From Chloroflexota bacterium (GTDB lineage Bacteria > Chloroflexota > Dehalococcoidia > Lucifugimonadales > JADFKI01), in NCBI GenBank assembly GCA_027623195.1, contig JAQBUT010000004.1:1-64000 (forward strand): 64,000 nucleotides of DNA, read 5' to 3'. The notes beneath the pieces were generated by a model, which made no database searches, was not told where the DNA came from, and was given only the letters and a program-made list of their open reading frames with translations. How positions within the stretch are numbered: position 1 is the stretch's first letter; each line of letters opens with the position of its first letter. Positions 1 to 9,504 of this stretch are shown in pieces. Position numbers and translations under genes: made by a program.

Positions 1-125
1 AGAGAGCTCGCCAATTCAGCCGATTCTCTCCACTAAGTTTTCTGTCCCACTTCGCTGAATGACAACAGCAAGACGCCACGGACGGCGACGCGGTCGAAGT
101 AGGGCCGGGCACCTACGCAGATGAG

Positions 126-3100
126 GTGGCGCCGAACGTCGGCATGGTGGTTAAAAGCGGAGTTACGCTCATCGGAGCGGGCCAAGACGTTACCATTATT
201 GACGGCGCAGCCCAGGGGCCACCAGCATTTACCGCTCACGGCGTTATAGACATGGCGCCAAACGCGGCAGTAATTAGCCTCACTGTCGAAAACGGCGCAC
301 GTAGGTCGATCAGATCCACCTCAACGCCTGTGTTCATTGCAGACGTGCACACTCTGGGCGCACGCGACGCCGTGAAGATTGACCAATTTGGTGGTTCTAC
401 ACACGCTGGTGACATAGTTATTACCGGTAACCATTTCGTGGAAGGGGTCGAACTCGACAGCGATTTCCCCGGTAGATTGATCTTCTCAGGTAACACGGTG
501 ACCACGGAAAGCTTCCAGAGTGAGGGCGGGGTGTCTCTGTGCTGTGCATTTATGGGTGGCGCCTTTGTCGTAGGTAACGCGATAACCAACACCGAGGACG
601 GACTCTTCTTTGAACACGACGGTAATTTGGAAGAACAGGGTGACCCTGGATTTCCATTTGCAATTGTTAGCCGCAACTCGATATTGGGGACCGACGACGA
701 CGGCATAGACATACGTGGCCAGTATCTAGGAGGTCTGGAGGTCAGTGACAACTTCATAAGATCTAGTGATAACGGCGATTTCTTAGTCTGCTGTGAATTC
801 ACAGGCCAAGTTGCCGTAATGCGCAACGTAGTGATTAGCGGAAGCCAAGAGGTGGAGATTTGCTGCAACGGGTCCTTTGACGTCGTCGCATCTGGCAACC
901 TGCTGCAACGCACCAGAAGCTTCACTATTAAGGCCTTCCCCTGTTGTGCGGGAGGAGGAGAGCAGGTCAACGTAACCGTTAGCAAAAACGAAGTTTTGGA
1001 CGGCGGCGGCATTCTAGTGGAAGACGCGGCTGGAGGGATCGTGCTCGTCTCCGATAACTTTGTTGACGCAGGTTTTGATGTCGGTATTGAAATGGACCTT
1101 GTGGAGAATGCTCAAGTATCGGTCGTTGGAAATACGATAACTAATATGGATGATAATGGCATGGAATTCGACCGGATGAGCGGTTCGGATCTGGTCGTCG
1201 ACAGCAATATTTCCTCATTGAACTCTAGCCTCGGAATTGATTCTTTCGGAAGCGCAAATTCAGTTATTTATTCCGGAAATACCCTATCTGGCAACGGAGA
1301 AGGCGGCTTGCTACTTAGGGATCCCGCGGCCGTTGTTGACAACAACTTGTTTGAGCGCAACGGAATGGAACCAATCCTCCTAGATTCGAATCGTACACCA
1401 AGCGCAGGCTATGGCGCGAAATTCCAAGGTAGCGACGTAACTTTTACCAACAACGTAGTTATAGATAATGGCGGCAGTGGTGTGCTCATCGATGGAGGGA
1501 ACGCCAACTTGGGCACTAGAAACAGTGCCGGCCAGAACGTATTCCAAGGCAACGGCTCTTTTGATCCGACTCAGCATTTCAATATCAGAAATGACACGAC
1601 AAATCTGATCATCGCGCGCGGCAACGCGTTTGACAATGTGACTGCGCCGTTGATCGACTCCCTGGATATATTGGATGACGAAGAAGGGGTTGCTCTCGGC
1701 CTTATACTTGGCCCGGTGGATTTTAACGATTTCGACATAGGCGGCTCGAACGAGACGGTCCCCGACACTACATTAGTAGGGAAGGTGGTCGACCTCGATG
1801 GCACGGGTGTGGCCAGCTCTACGGTCACCGCAATAAATGGCAGCACAGGAACGACGGACAGCAACGGCGACTTCTCGATTTCTGGTGTGTCAACTCTGAT
1901 CGGTGACCTGCGGGTCTCGGCGTCGGTGGATATCGGTGGCAAACCCCACGTTGGCATTTCGAAATTCAAATCGGCTAATCCTGGCGGAGACACGGACGTT
2001 GGAGAATTTACGGTGACTCCTCAGATTACCTTCGCTTCGCCTTTCACAGGGAACGTCGGCGGGAGTCTGCCCAGTGGCATTACAGCTGGCGACTGGGATG
2101 GGGGTTCCGATCTTGACCTGGTTATTACCGTGCAAAACAGCGATTTGGTAGCGGTGTTGACTGGGGGAGGAGATGGATCCTTCAACGCAAAGCTGAGTGT
2201 GGTCGTTGGCGATTTGCCTAAGTCTGTTCTGGCAATCGACTTCAACGGGGATTCCTTCGACGATCTGGTCACTTTTGATGCATTAGCGGACCAGGTTTCG
2301 TTACTACTCAACGACACCACCGGAGTGTTTACCGTATCTGAGGCGATTGCTGTAGGTATCTACCCAACGTCAGGCGCGGTCGCCGACTTCAACGGCGACG
2401 GTTTCCGAGATATCGCCGTCGTAAATTCGCAAAATACAGGATTTGTGCTAGATCCGAACACCCGGGAAAATACCACTCCGAAGGGCGATATAACGGTATT
2501 GCTGGGAAACGACGCGGGCAGTTTTGACGCCGTGCCTACAACGTTCCCTACGGACGGGTTTATTCCTTCATCCATCGTGACTGCCGACTTCGACGAGGAC
2601 GGCGAGTTGGATCTTGCGGTCTTACATCCGCATTTGAATTCGGAATTTGGCTCTAACAGGTCGATAGCAGTACTGCCGGGGGACGGCGCAGGTAATTTTG
2701 GCGCTCCGACCCAGACTGCAATAGGCACGTTTGTGCGACCAATAATACTTACGGCGGATGTTAATAACAGTAGTTCTACCGACATCGTTCTATCTAACAT
2801 GGTGTTGATAGGTGATGGCGCCGGATCTTTCGAAATCAAGCCATTCGCAGCCTCCACGCTTGACAACACTATGGTCAGCGAAGATTTCAATGGCGATGGA
2901 ATTGTAGATATCGTTACTAGCATCCGTGGTATGGGTCTACTGGCCTACATTGGCGATGGAGATGGCAACTATCTGGAAACAACGGCTAGATCGGCAATTG
3001 GCTTTGACAGTGGCTTCGCGATGGCCAAAGGTGACTTCAATAATGATGAACTGACAGACTTGGTCGTTGTGCGATCTGTAAATAACTCAAACAGAACTCC

Positions 3101-3137
3101 TGAATATTGGGTATACCTGAATACCACCGGCAATTAA
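126..3137 (+). CDS. Large surface/secreted protein: right-handed parallel beta-helix, carboxypeptidase-regulatory-like domain and FG-GAP/VCBS repeats; 5' end appears truncated
   Basis: Beta-helix repeats (V.GN.I...DDGI), GKVVD..G..V...VT...GTTDSNGDFSI module, multiple D-F-N-G-D-G..D-I/L motifs. The frame is open from 63 and contains DGDAVEVGPGTY upstream of the called GTG. Confidence 0.8.
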   Translation: MAPNVGMVVKSGVTLIGAGQDVTIIDGAAQGPPAFTAHGVIDMAPNAAVISLTVENGARRSIRSTSTPVFIADVHTLGARDAVKIDQFGGSTHAGDIVITGNHFVEGVELDSDFPGRLIFSGNTVTTESFQSEGGVSLCCAFMGGAFVVGNAITNTEDGLFFEHDGNLEEQGDPGFPFAIVSRNSILGTDDDGIDIRGQYLGGLEVSDNFIRSSDNGDFLVCCEFTGQVAVMRNVVISGSQEVEICCNGSFDVVASGNLLQRTRSFTIKAFPCCAGGGEQVNVTVSKNEVLDGGGILVEDAAGGIVLVSDNFVDAGFDVGIEMDLVENAQVSVVGNTITNMDDNGMEFDRMSGSDLVVDSNISSLNSSLGIDSFGSANSVIYSGNTLSGNGEGGLLLRDPAAVVDNNLFERNGMEPILLDSNRTPSAGYGAKFQGSDVTFTNNVVIDNGGSGVLIDGGNANLGTRNSAGQNVFQGNGSFDPTQHFNIRNDTTNLIIARGNAFDNVTAPLIDSLDILDDEEGVALGLILGPVDFNDFDIGGSNETVPDTTLVGKVVDLDGTGVASSTVTAINGSTGTTDSNGDFSISGVSTLIGDLRVSASVDIGGKPHVGISKFKSANPGGDTDVGEFTVTPQITFASPFTGNVGGSLPSGITAGDWDGGSDLDLVITVQNSDLVAVLTGGGDGSFNAKLSVVVGDLPKSVLAIDFNGDSFDDLVTFDALADQVSLLLNDTTGVFTVSEAIAVGIYPTSGAVADFNGDGFRDIAVVNSQNTGFVLDPNTRENTTPKGDITVLLGNDAGSFDAVPTTFPTDGFIPSSIVTADFDEDGELDLAVLHPHLNSEFGSNRSIAVLPGDGAGNFGAPTQTAIGTFVRPIILTADVNNSSSTDIVLSNMVLIGDGAGSFEIKPFAASTLDNTMVSEDFNGDGIVDIVTSIRGMGLLAYIGDGDGNYLETTARSAIGFDSGFAMAKGDFNNDELTDLVVVRSVNNSNRTPEYWVYLNTTGN

Positions 3138-3253
3138 TTTTGAAGATGAGCGCTGCCTGTCGAGTGCTCGCAGGATTGAGAGGCTCAGGGCGATGTGCCC
3201 AAGAAAATATAGGCGAGGCTAATACAGCGTTGGAGTGAATGGTTATCTAGTCG

Positions 3254-3328
3254 TGGGGGGGCGACTGGATTCGAACCAGCGGCATTCACGTTCCGACCGT
3301 GGCGTGCTACCGACTGCGCTACGCCCCG
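3254..3328 (-). pseudogene. Degenerate tRNA-Pro(CGG)
   Basis: Reverse complement CGGGGCG-TA-GCGC-AGTCGGTA-GCAC-G-CCACG-GTCGGAA-CGTGA-ATGCC-GCTGG-TTCGAAT-CCAGT-CGCCCCC-CCA. Cloverleaf with CGG anticodon, but mismatches in the D, anticodon and acceptor stems. Confidence 0.8.
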
Positions 3329-3367
3329 ACTAAAATGCCCGATGTCAAAGTTTTGATACTCTAATGA

Positions 3368-3406
3368 TGAGTTCAGTGTACCGAACGTGGCGCGCTACCG
3401 ACTGCA
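3368..3406. repeat. att-like site copy 1 (tRNA-Pro D-arm/anticodon fragment plus non-tRNA arm)
   Basis: tgagttcagtgtaccgaacgtggcgcgctaccgactgca; 35/39 identical to 16601-16639. The reverse complement contains GCAGTCGGTAGCGCGCCACGTTCGG. Confidence 0.85.
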
Positions 3407-3639
3407 ATTGAGTAATGCGACAAATTTCATTTCAGTAAACGGAACTGGATTTCAAAAGTTCTATCTACTGTCCCCTCTCCCCATCATGAACTGTTTCCTC
3501 CATTCAGGGGCAGACAGCCCGCTCCAATTATATCAAGTACCATTCCCTCGGTCGAGTTCGGCAACAGGCCCAGCTGACGGTCTACAGCCTTGCCTACTGG
3601 CGGTTAATCGACTCTAAGACTGGTCAGACCTTATGAATC

Positions 3640-5700
3640 TTAGCCGTGGTCTCCCACCGGTTCCGGCGTGGGGGCTGGTAACGCGCTACGGACTGCACGA
3701 GTGGCGTTCTCGCCTATATCGGCGGCGGCCTGCATGGCTCCATCCGCCGCAATGGAAGCTGCCTCATCCTCCGCAACGCCCAGCGACTCCGCAGCATCTT
3801 TGACCGCGGCCACAGCGTCTAAAACGGCATCGCCAAGATCCATGCCTACCTCGTCGGCGACCTGAGTTGCGCCGTAACCAACGCCCCAAATCAGGTCTTC
3901 GGGTTCCGAAGAGGCCTTGCTCAGCGCTTCGATAACACCTTCTAAGGCAGCCCTCGCAGTGCTGCGCCGATTCCCGGCGATCTTGTCCAGCTCGTGGTAG
4001 GCTCCTCTGGAAACATTTCCAGCGACGTTCTCACCCTGGTTTTCAGTTACACGTTGTTCCTGGAGGGATGCCAGAAGTCCTTGGGTGACCCGTCTTGCCA
4101 CGTCGCCGACTGCGTGCTCTCCGACCACAGCCGCCTTGACGGCAGTACGGGCGATTGTGGCGAACTGATAGGCTGTAACGCCCAACGCTACGTCCACACC
4201 CGGAATATGCCTGAGGTAGCCGTACGGAAATTGAGTTACGAAACGAAGGCCAGGAACGGAGCTGATTCCCCGCGTCATCTGCTGGGATGGCGTAAATAGT
4301 TCAGTTATCACCTCGGACCGGTTGACCTCGCCCTCCTCAGACACAAGCGCCAGCATGTTTAGCGTCAGCATGCCCATCACGAAGGCCCCGACAAAAAGGA
4401 AGTCAAATCCCGACAGAAGTACCGTAAGCGACGTTGCGCCTCCGCTCTCGGGGTTCAGCCCGAAGGACAGGGTCATACCCCTGGATTGCACAAAGTCGGC
4501 TAGCCAGCCCCCAAACAGTGGACTCAACCCGGCGCCAAGACTCGTGGCCAGTGATGCGACGGCCAGATAGGCGGTGGCCTCGCCCTTGGGTGCGAGCTTG
4601 TACCCGATGGTGTTTACGGTGAGGTTAAGCCCTGCGGTGGCCACTCCTGAAAAGACGTGCAGCGCGATGATAATTGGAATGGTCAGGATGTGGGACTCGG
4701 GCATAGTAGTGAAGACCCAGCCCAGTATCACCAGCAGGTACAGAGATGTTGACAATGACATCACAGCCTTGCTGCCGAACCGATCTACGTAGGGTCCCCA
4801 CACTCTCATGAATATGGCGTTGAACACCTGGCTGGTAACGGCCAGGGCCATAACGGCGGAGACCGGATATCCCAACTGCACCAGCATGTAAACGGCAAAG
4901 AAGGGAGTAGCCAAGTTCGAGGCGAAAGCCCACGTGAATAGGAATCGGAGGAGCCTTCGGAAGTTGCTGTTACCCAGTGGGGCGGATAGCATGTCGCGCA
5001 AGGACGGGCGTTGACCTGTCACCAGTGCCATGGCAGGCTCGGGCATTCTTGACATGAACCAGGGGTCCCCTAGCCCGAAGATGATTGCGGCCGGAAGCAG
5101 GATTAGTGTGTAGCCGATTACCTGATGCTCAGAAGCCGCGAAGCCGCGCCAAAGGTCGATAAATACGGCGCCAGCAAGCCCGAACAGAATGGCAGCCAAC
5201 GTTGAATACGATAGTCTCTGGGCGTGAAATCGGCCCAGGATGTCCGGTGGCACCAGGTCCTTGACCCAGCCAAACCACGCGCAGTTGCACACGCCCGCGA
5301 GGGCGGCACGTACTGCCAGAAGACCAATGAGGGTGAACACCGCTGATAGACTGGGCACAGGAAGAATGACGGGAATCAGGGCTATGGGCACCCAAAGGGA
5401 CTGTGCAGGAAGCCAGGCCAGCACTGAGATTACTTTGCGCATCCGCAGGCGCTCTACCAGCAGGATGGTGGGAATCTGGATAGGCTGCATTAAGAACGGG
5501 ATTGCGGCCAGAATACCGATATGAAGGCTGTTGGCGCCCAGCGCCAGCGCAAAGGCGGCCAGAAGGCCGCTGGTAGTCACGCTGTACAGGGCGTTAGCCA
5601 TGATGCCCTCCCAGGTCATCATACGCAAGCCTTGGCTGACCTCTTGATCGGAGAGGATAGGTTTCGGCCCGAGCCAAGAGTAAAACCTGGCCTTAATCAC
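3640..5700 (-). CDS. MFS transporter with a long Ala-rich soluble C-terminal extension
   Basis: About 12 hydrophobic segments and motif-A-like WGPYVDRFGSK, followed by about 200 aa of hydrophilic Ala/Gly-rich tail. Confidence 0.8.
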   Translation of the reverse strand: MIKARFYSWLGPKPILSDQEVSQGLRMMTWEGIMANALYSVTTSGLLAAFALALGANSLHIGILAAIPFLMQPIQIPTILLVERLRMRKVISVLAWLPAQSLWVPIALIPVILPVPSLSAVFTLIGLLAVRAALAGVCNCAWFGWVKDLVPPDILGRFHAQRLSYSTLAAILFGLAGAVFIDLWRGFAASEHQVIGYTLILLPAAIIFGLGDPWFMSRMPEPAMALVTGQRPSLRDMLSAPLGNSNFRRLLRFLFTWAFASNLATPFFAVYMLVQLGYPVSAVMALAVTSQVFNAIFMRVWGPYVDRFGSKAVMSLSTSLYLLVILGWVFTTMPESHILTIPIIIALHVFSGVATAGLNLTVNTIGYKLAPKGEATAYLAVASLATSLGAGLSPLFGGWLADFVQSRGMTLSFGLNPESGGATSLTVLLSGFDFLFVGAFVMGMLTLNMLALVSEEGEVNRSEVITELFTPSQQMTRGISSVPGLRFVTQFPYGYLRHIPGVDVALGVTAYQFATIARTAVKAAVVGEHAVGDVARRVTQGLLASLQEQRVTENQGENVAGNVSRGAYHELDKIAGNRRSTARAALEGVIEALSKASSEPEDLIWGVGYGATQVADEVGMDLGDAVLDAVAAVKDAAESLGVAEDEAASIAADGAMQAAADIGENATRAVRSALPAPTPEPVGDHG

Positions 5701-5771
5701 TTTGGCGAGCCAGTTCCGTGCACGACGAACTGCGTGGGGCTAACTAGACGTTGCCCATCCAGCCAATTATA

Positions 5772-6143
5772 ACTGACATTTCCCAGTTGAAATACAGTGC
5801 TTTCATAAACGCACGATACCGCGATGGCACGACTGTACGGCTGATTGTCGCCGTTGGCAATTGCCATCCCAAATGCTACGTTTAGCCTCATATTGCAATT
5901 TTGCAGCTTCAAACCACCCACAACCGCGCTAAAGCATCTCTTTCAAGCCATACTTCCCTAAAAGGTTACACACCTCGCCCAAGGCGAACTTGGAATGAGC
6001 ACGATTCCCCTTGCGGAAGAGTCTTGCTATCCAGGAATGATAGGAAGATTGCCTATCATTTCCATCATCTCCTGGAACATTTCCCTGCCGAGGTGATGGT
6101 CGGCAGGCTGGAACACAAGCTTTCTGGTATGGCACACCAGTCG
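5772..6143 (-). mobile_element. IS1380-family remnant (transposase C-terminus and right end)
   Basis: 6143-6027 translates RLVCHTRKLVFQPADHHLGREMFQEMMEMIGNLPIIPG*, resembling the RLVRHARRLVFQLAE C-terminus of IS1380 transposases. A terminal-like GGGAAATGTCAG lies near 5773-5784. Confidence 0.6.
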
Positions 6144-6241
6144 ATATTTAGTGTGCCTAGACAATTTTGAACGGGCAAATATTCACACTCGGTCCATGCA
6201 TTTCCGTTCGAGGAAACTTGCAGAGCCTGAGCTTACTTCGG

Positions 6242-6294
6242 AAAAGATGACTCTAGCCTGGCCGAACCCGGAAAGCGGGCTAGAGTCATCTTTT
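6242..6294. terminator. Intrinsic terminator hairpin (bidirectional)
   Basis: aaaagatgactctagcc...ggctagagtcatctttt inverted repeat just after the 6312 stop. Confidence 0.8.
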
Positions 6295-6311
6295 TACCGC
6301 TGATGCCCGAA

Positions 6312-6734
6312 TTAGGACTCCTCTTCGTCGAAGTCGTCCTTTTCCACATCATTGTCTTCCAGATCTTCATCGTAAAGATCCTCTTCCTCGTCATACATGC
6401 GGTTAACGCGACTGCCAATTCGGACGTCACGCCCAAATCTCTGAGACTCCCTGGCCTTTCGCTCCTTGCCCTTACCTAGGCGGGCGACTCGACTGTTCTT
6501 CTGAGGCGTTTCGTCTTCGTTTTCTTGCATTCTTGCCATAGTATTATCCTGACCCACTAAATCCATTACCGTAGCCGTTAACAGCGGGTAGTCGTCTGCT
6601 AATCTTTCCACATTCTCGTCGTCACCGACTTCCAGGTGAAAACCGCATTGGAGGCAGTTTGAGTAATTCCCATAGCTGTCCCAGTGCTTTTGTAGGGCCC
6701 CGCCGCATCGTGGACATGCTTCTATGAAAACCAT
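6312..6734 (-). CDS. Small zinc-ribbon protein with acidic C-terminus
   Basis: MVFIEACPRCGG...CLQCG (CxxC..CxxC) and a D/E-rich tail. ATG 6734 is preferred over 6884. Confidence 0.65.
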   Translation of the reverse strand: MVFIEACPRCGGALQKHWDSYGNYSNCLQCGFHLEVGDDENVERLADDYPLLTATVMDLVGQDNTMARMQENEDETPQKNSRVARLGKGKERKARESQRFGRDVRIGSRVNRMYDEEEDLYDEDLEDNDVEKDDFDEEES

Positions 6735-6907
6735 GCCCTCACCAGTCCTTTCCCTGGTGGCTCGGACCGCACCAAACCTTGGTCCCAAACTAGAACTGTC
6801 CTTCGATCCTCTTGAGAGAGGGCCTGCCTGTCCAGGTAATGCTGTTGTGCGCCAATTCATCTGTGCAGGCAGGTTCTCCATCATGTCAATTCTTCGCCGA
6901 TGGGCTT

Positions 6908-8929
6908 CTAATCATGTATTCCGGCGTTAACCAATTCCCGTCCCGGAATTAATAGGCCGGCGTCGTTTGAGGATTCTCCAACTTCAGAGTTACGCCGTTC
7001 GATGCCTAATCGTTCCTCGGCTGTCTTGAGAATGGCGCCAAGCATTTGCGAATAGTTCATATTGTTACTGTTTGACATTTTGGCCAGGTGTCCGTCCCAG
7101 CACCAGCCGGGGTTAGGATTGGCCTCCAGCAGCCTGGGCAGGCCCTTGGCGTCGAGGCGCCAGTCAAAGCGGACATAGTCTCGGCACTCAAGTCTCTCGA
7201 ATAATTCCGTGCTCCAACTAACCAGGTCGTTCTCAGTCGCCTCTGGTAGCTCCGCCCTAATCGACTGAAGCTGCCAGTATGGCGAAGTGGGATCCCATTT
7301 TGCTTCATAGCCGCATATCTTGGGTAGGTCGATTGGCAGAGATGAGTAGTCCTCCTCCGCGATGGGCAGCACAATCAGGTTGCCCTTTGGGTTTCCGATC
7401 ATGCCTAGTGTCAGGTCTTTTCCAGTCAGGAATTCCTCGACCAGAATTGGCCTTTCATCACCAATGACATGACGTACGTCGGAGATTGCGTCGATTAGCT
7501 GATCGGCGGTATAGGCCACGCTTTTTGCCGTAATGCCGATGCTTGAATCTCCCATGTTAGGCTTGACGATTACTGGGAAATCAAATGGTATTTCGAAAGT
7601 GGAGTCTTCTGGTCGTACGAATATAGCCGAAGGCACTGGAATTCCCATCTCTTTGGCTATGCCGCGGACTAATGACTTGTCGTAGCAGTAAGCGAGGCAT
7701 TGGGGACCGCCACCTGAGTATGGAATACCCAGCATTTCCAATATGACAGGCACATGCAGTTCGTGACGAGGGTCGTTGTTGTAGCCCTCATCGCACAGGT
7801 TTAGGACATAGTCGACTTTACCTTTCAGAAGGGTGAGGTCACGAATAAGGGTATCGTGATTGCTCAGGTACGTAAACTGGTAGCCATTCAGGTCTCTCAA
7901 CGCAAACTTCATCTGGTCGATCGTATAGAAATCATCCGTATCGAAGACTCTCAGAGGCTTCAGCGGATCTTCTTTGCTGGGGTCCCCGGTGACAACCGCC
8001 ACGTGGGTGAGCGTTTGTTTTTTGGCGGAGCTACGAACAGGCGTCCACTGCTTCCTGACCTGGGCAGTAGCAATGATGCGGCGCTCCATCATGCCTAAGT
8101 CCTGGTTGCGTTGCGAGTCCGGTGAGAAGTCGCCTTTGAACTCAACATTTGTGAAACCCGCCTCGGTCAGAACATCGTTCAAAGTTTCGCGAGAATAGAG
8201 CCTTTCGGCGTAAAACTGATCGGCCACTATCCCCTTCTCCACGTCGGTTACGACTTCCCTGGATACCAGGCGGTTTCCATCTGCAGATAGAGAGCGCTCC
8301 CTGCAAACAAAGAGCTTGCTGTTTATCCACTCCCATGACCGCGCCTGGAAGTTATTCCTAAGGTATTCGCCATCCGCAATATCAACAAGAATCCTGCCCC
8401 ACGGCATAAGCACACGGAAAACCTCGCGCAGAACCTTCAAGTCATCCTGCGGCGTGTCGAAGTAACCAAAGCTGTTTCCCATGATAAGGACGGTTGCGAA
8501 TCTATCTGATTGAAATGGCAGTTTGCGAGCGTCACCGACCCTGAATTTAACATCCAGGTTCTCGGACTTCGCCCGCTGCTTGGCTTTCCCGATAAGGTAA
8601 TGAGACCTGTCGATTCCTTCAACGTTGTGAAACCCTCTGCGGGCCAACTCCAGGGTATGCCGTCCCTGTCCACAACAGAGGTCCAGAACCCTGTCATCTG
8701 CCCCAAGGTCAAGAATTTCGTTCAGAAGCGTTACTTCGTCGCTGGTGATACGGCTGTCTTCAACTACGTCGCCATCCGTTTTGAGGTACATCGAGTTGAA
8801 TATTCTCGACCACCAGTCAGAAGCCACGTGTTCTTCCAAATTGGATACGGGGCCAAGAGTTCGAGCCTGGCGCTTGCGAGTGACCTTGCTGCCGTCACCC
8901 TTCGATGTTCGCTTCTTCTGCTCTACCAC
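6908..8929 (-). CDS. Class I SAM methyltransferase fused to a D-Ala-D-Ala-ligase-like ATP-grasp domain
   Basis: VLDLCCGQGRH SAM motif; FPVIVKP..DSSIGI, LVEEFLTG, RFDWR and LEANPNPG ATP-grasp motifs. Confidence 0.9.
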   Translation of the reverse strand: MVEQKKRTSKGDGSKVTRKRQARTLGPVSNLEEHVASDWWSRIFNSMYLKTDGDVVEDSRITSDEVTLLNEILDLGADDRVLDLCCGQGRHTLELARRGFHNVEGIDRSHYLIGKAKQRAKSENLDVKFRVGDARKLPFQSDRFATVLIMGNSFGYFDTPQDDLKVLREVFRVLMPWGRILVDIADGEYLRNNFQARSWEWINSKLFVCRERSLSADGNRLVSREVVTDVEKGIVADQFYAERLYSRETLNDVLTEAGFTNVEFKGDFSPDSQRNQDLGMMERRIIATAQVRKQWTPVRSSAKKQTLTHVAVVTGDPSKEDPLKPLRVFDTDDFYTIDQMKFALRDLNGYQFTYLSNHDTLIRDLTLLKGKVDYVLNLCDEGYNNDPRHELHVPVILEMLGIPYSGGGPQCLAYCYDKSLVRGIAKEMGIPVPSAIFVRPEDSTFEIPFDFPVIVKPNMGDSSIGITAKSVAYTADQLIDAISDVRHVIGDERPILVEEFLTGKDLTLGMIGNPKGNLIVLPIAEEDYSSLPIDLPKICGYEAKWDPTSPYWQLQSIRAELPEATENDLVSWSTELFERLECRDYVRFDWRLDAKGLPRLLEANPNPGWCWDGHLAKMSNSNNMNYSQMLGAILKTAEERLGIERRNSEVGESSNDAGLLIPGRELVNAGIHD

Positions 8930-9231
8930 CTGTTATCTCCTCAACATATGAATATTTTGGTTCGTCATTGAAATGCTTTGTCTAGAATAGCCATCCACAA
9001 GTGCGTTGACCTGGTACCGGTCCCCCTTGGCTGATTGAATATGATCATCTCTAAAACTCTTTACTCTCCCAGATTTCATTAATCCGATTAGCAACTTAAA
9101 CAGCTACAGTTCGTTTATCACTGCCGCCCGTTTTGAAACCGGCTTTCCCCAATATATTTCGTCTGCAACACCTGGAAAAACGGGCCTTAAAATTCAAATA
9201 TTCCCTGATGTAACAGAGAATATTTGGGCGC

Positions 9232-9266
9232 AAAAAGCCCTCCCTAAACATTCATTAAGGGAGGGT
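9232..9266 (-). terminator. Terminator-like hairpin in the leader upstream of the methyltransferase/ATP-grasp gene
   Basis: Minus strand ccctccct-12 nt-agggaggg followed by cttttt. Confidence 0.55.
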
Positions 9267-9504
9267 AATTCGCAGCAAATATCGCCACAGGTCATCACCT
9301 GATTTATTTTAAACCGCTCTATGTAAAATTACTAAGTCATACGCGAAGAATTATAGCTCGTGAAGTATAATTCCAATAGAGTAATTTCACCCAATTTCAT
9401 AAATCACTTTGTCACATTTCCCTAGGTATGAGCCGTGAGCAGCTTCATTTTTAACCTAATTCTCTAACGGGTGTTGTAGTCCCTCTTTTTGAAAGGGAGC
9501 TTTA

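Noticed and set aside
3254..3328. Functional tRNA-Pro
   Set aside because: Mismatches in the D, anticodon and acceptor stems and a non-canonical anticodon loop; treated as a pseudogene or att remnant.
9010..9095. Glycine or c-di-AMP riboswitch-like words on the minus strand (TCTGGGAGAG...GCCAAGGGGGA)
   Set aside because: The remaining conserved elements and pairing could not be found.
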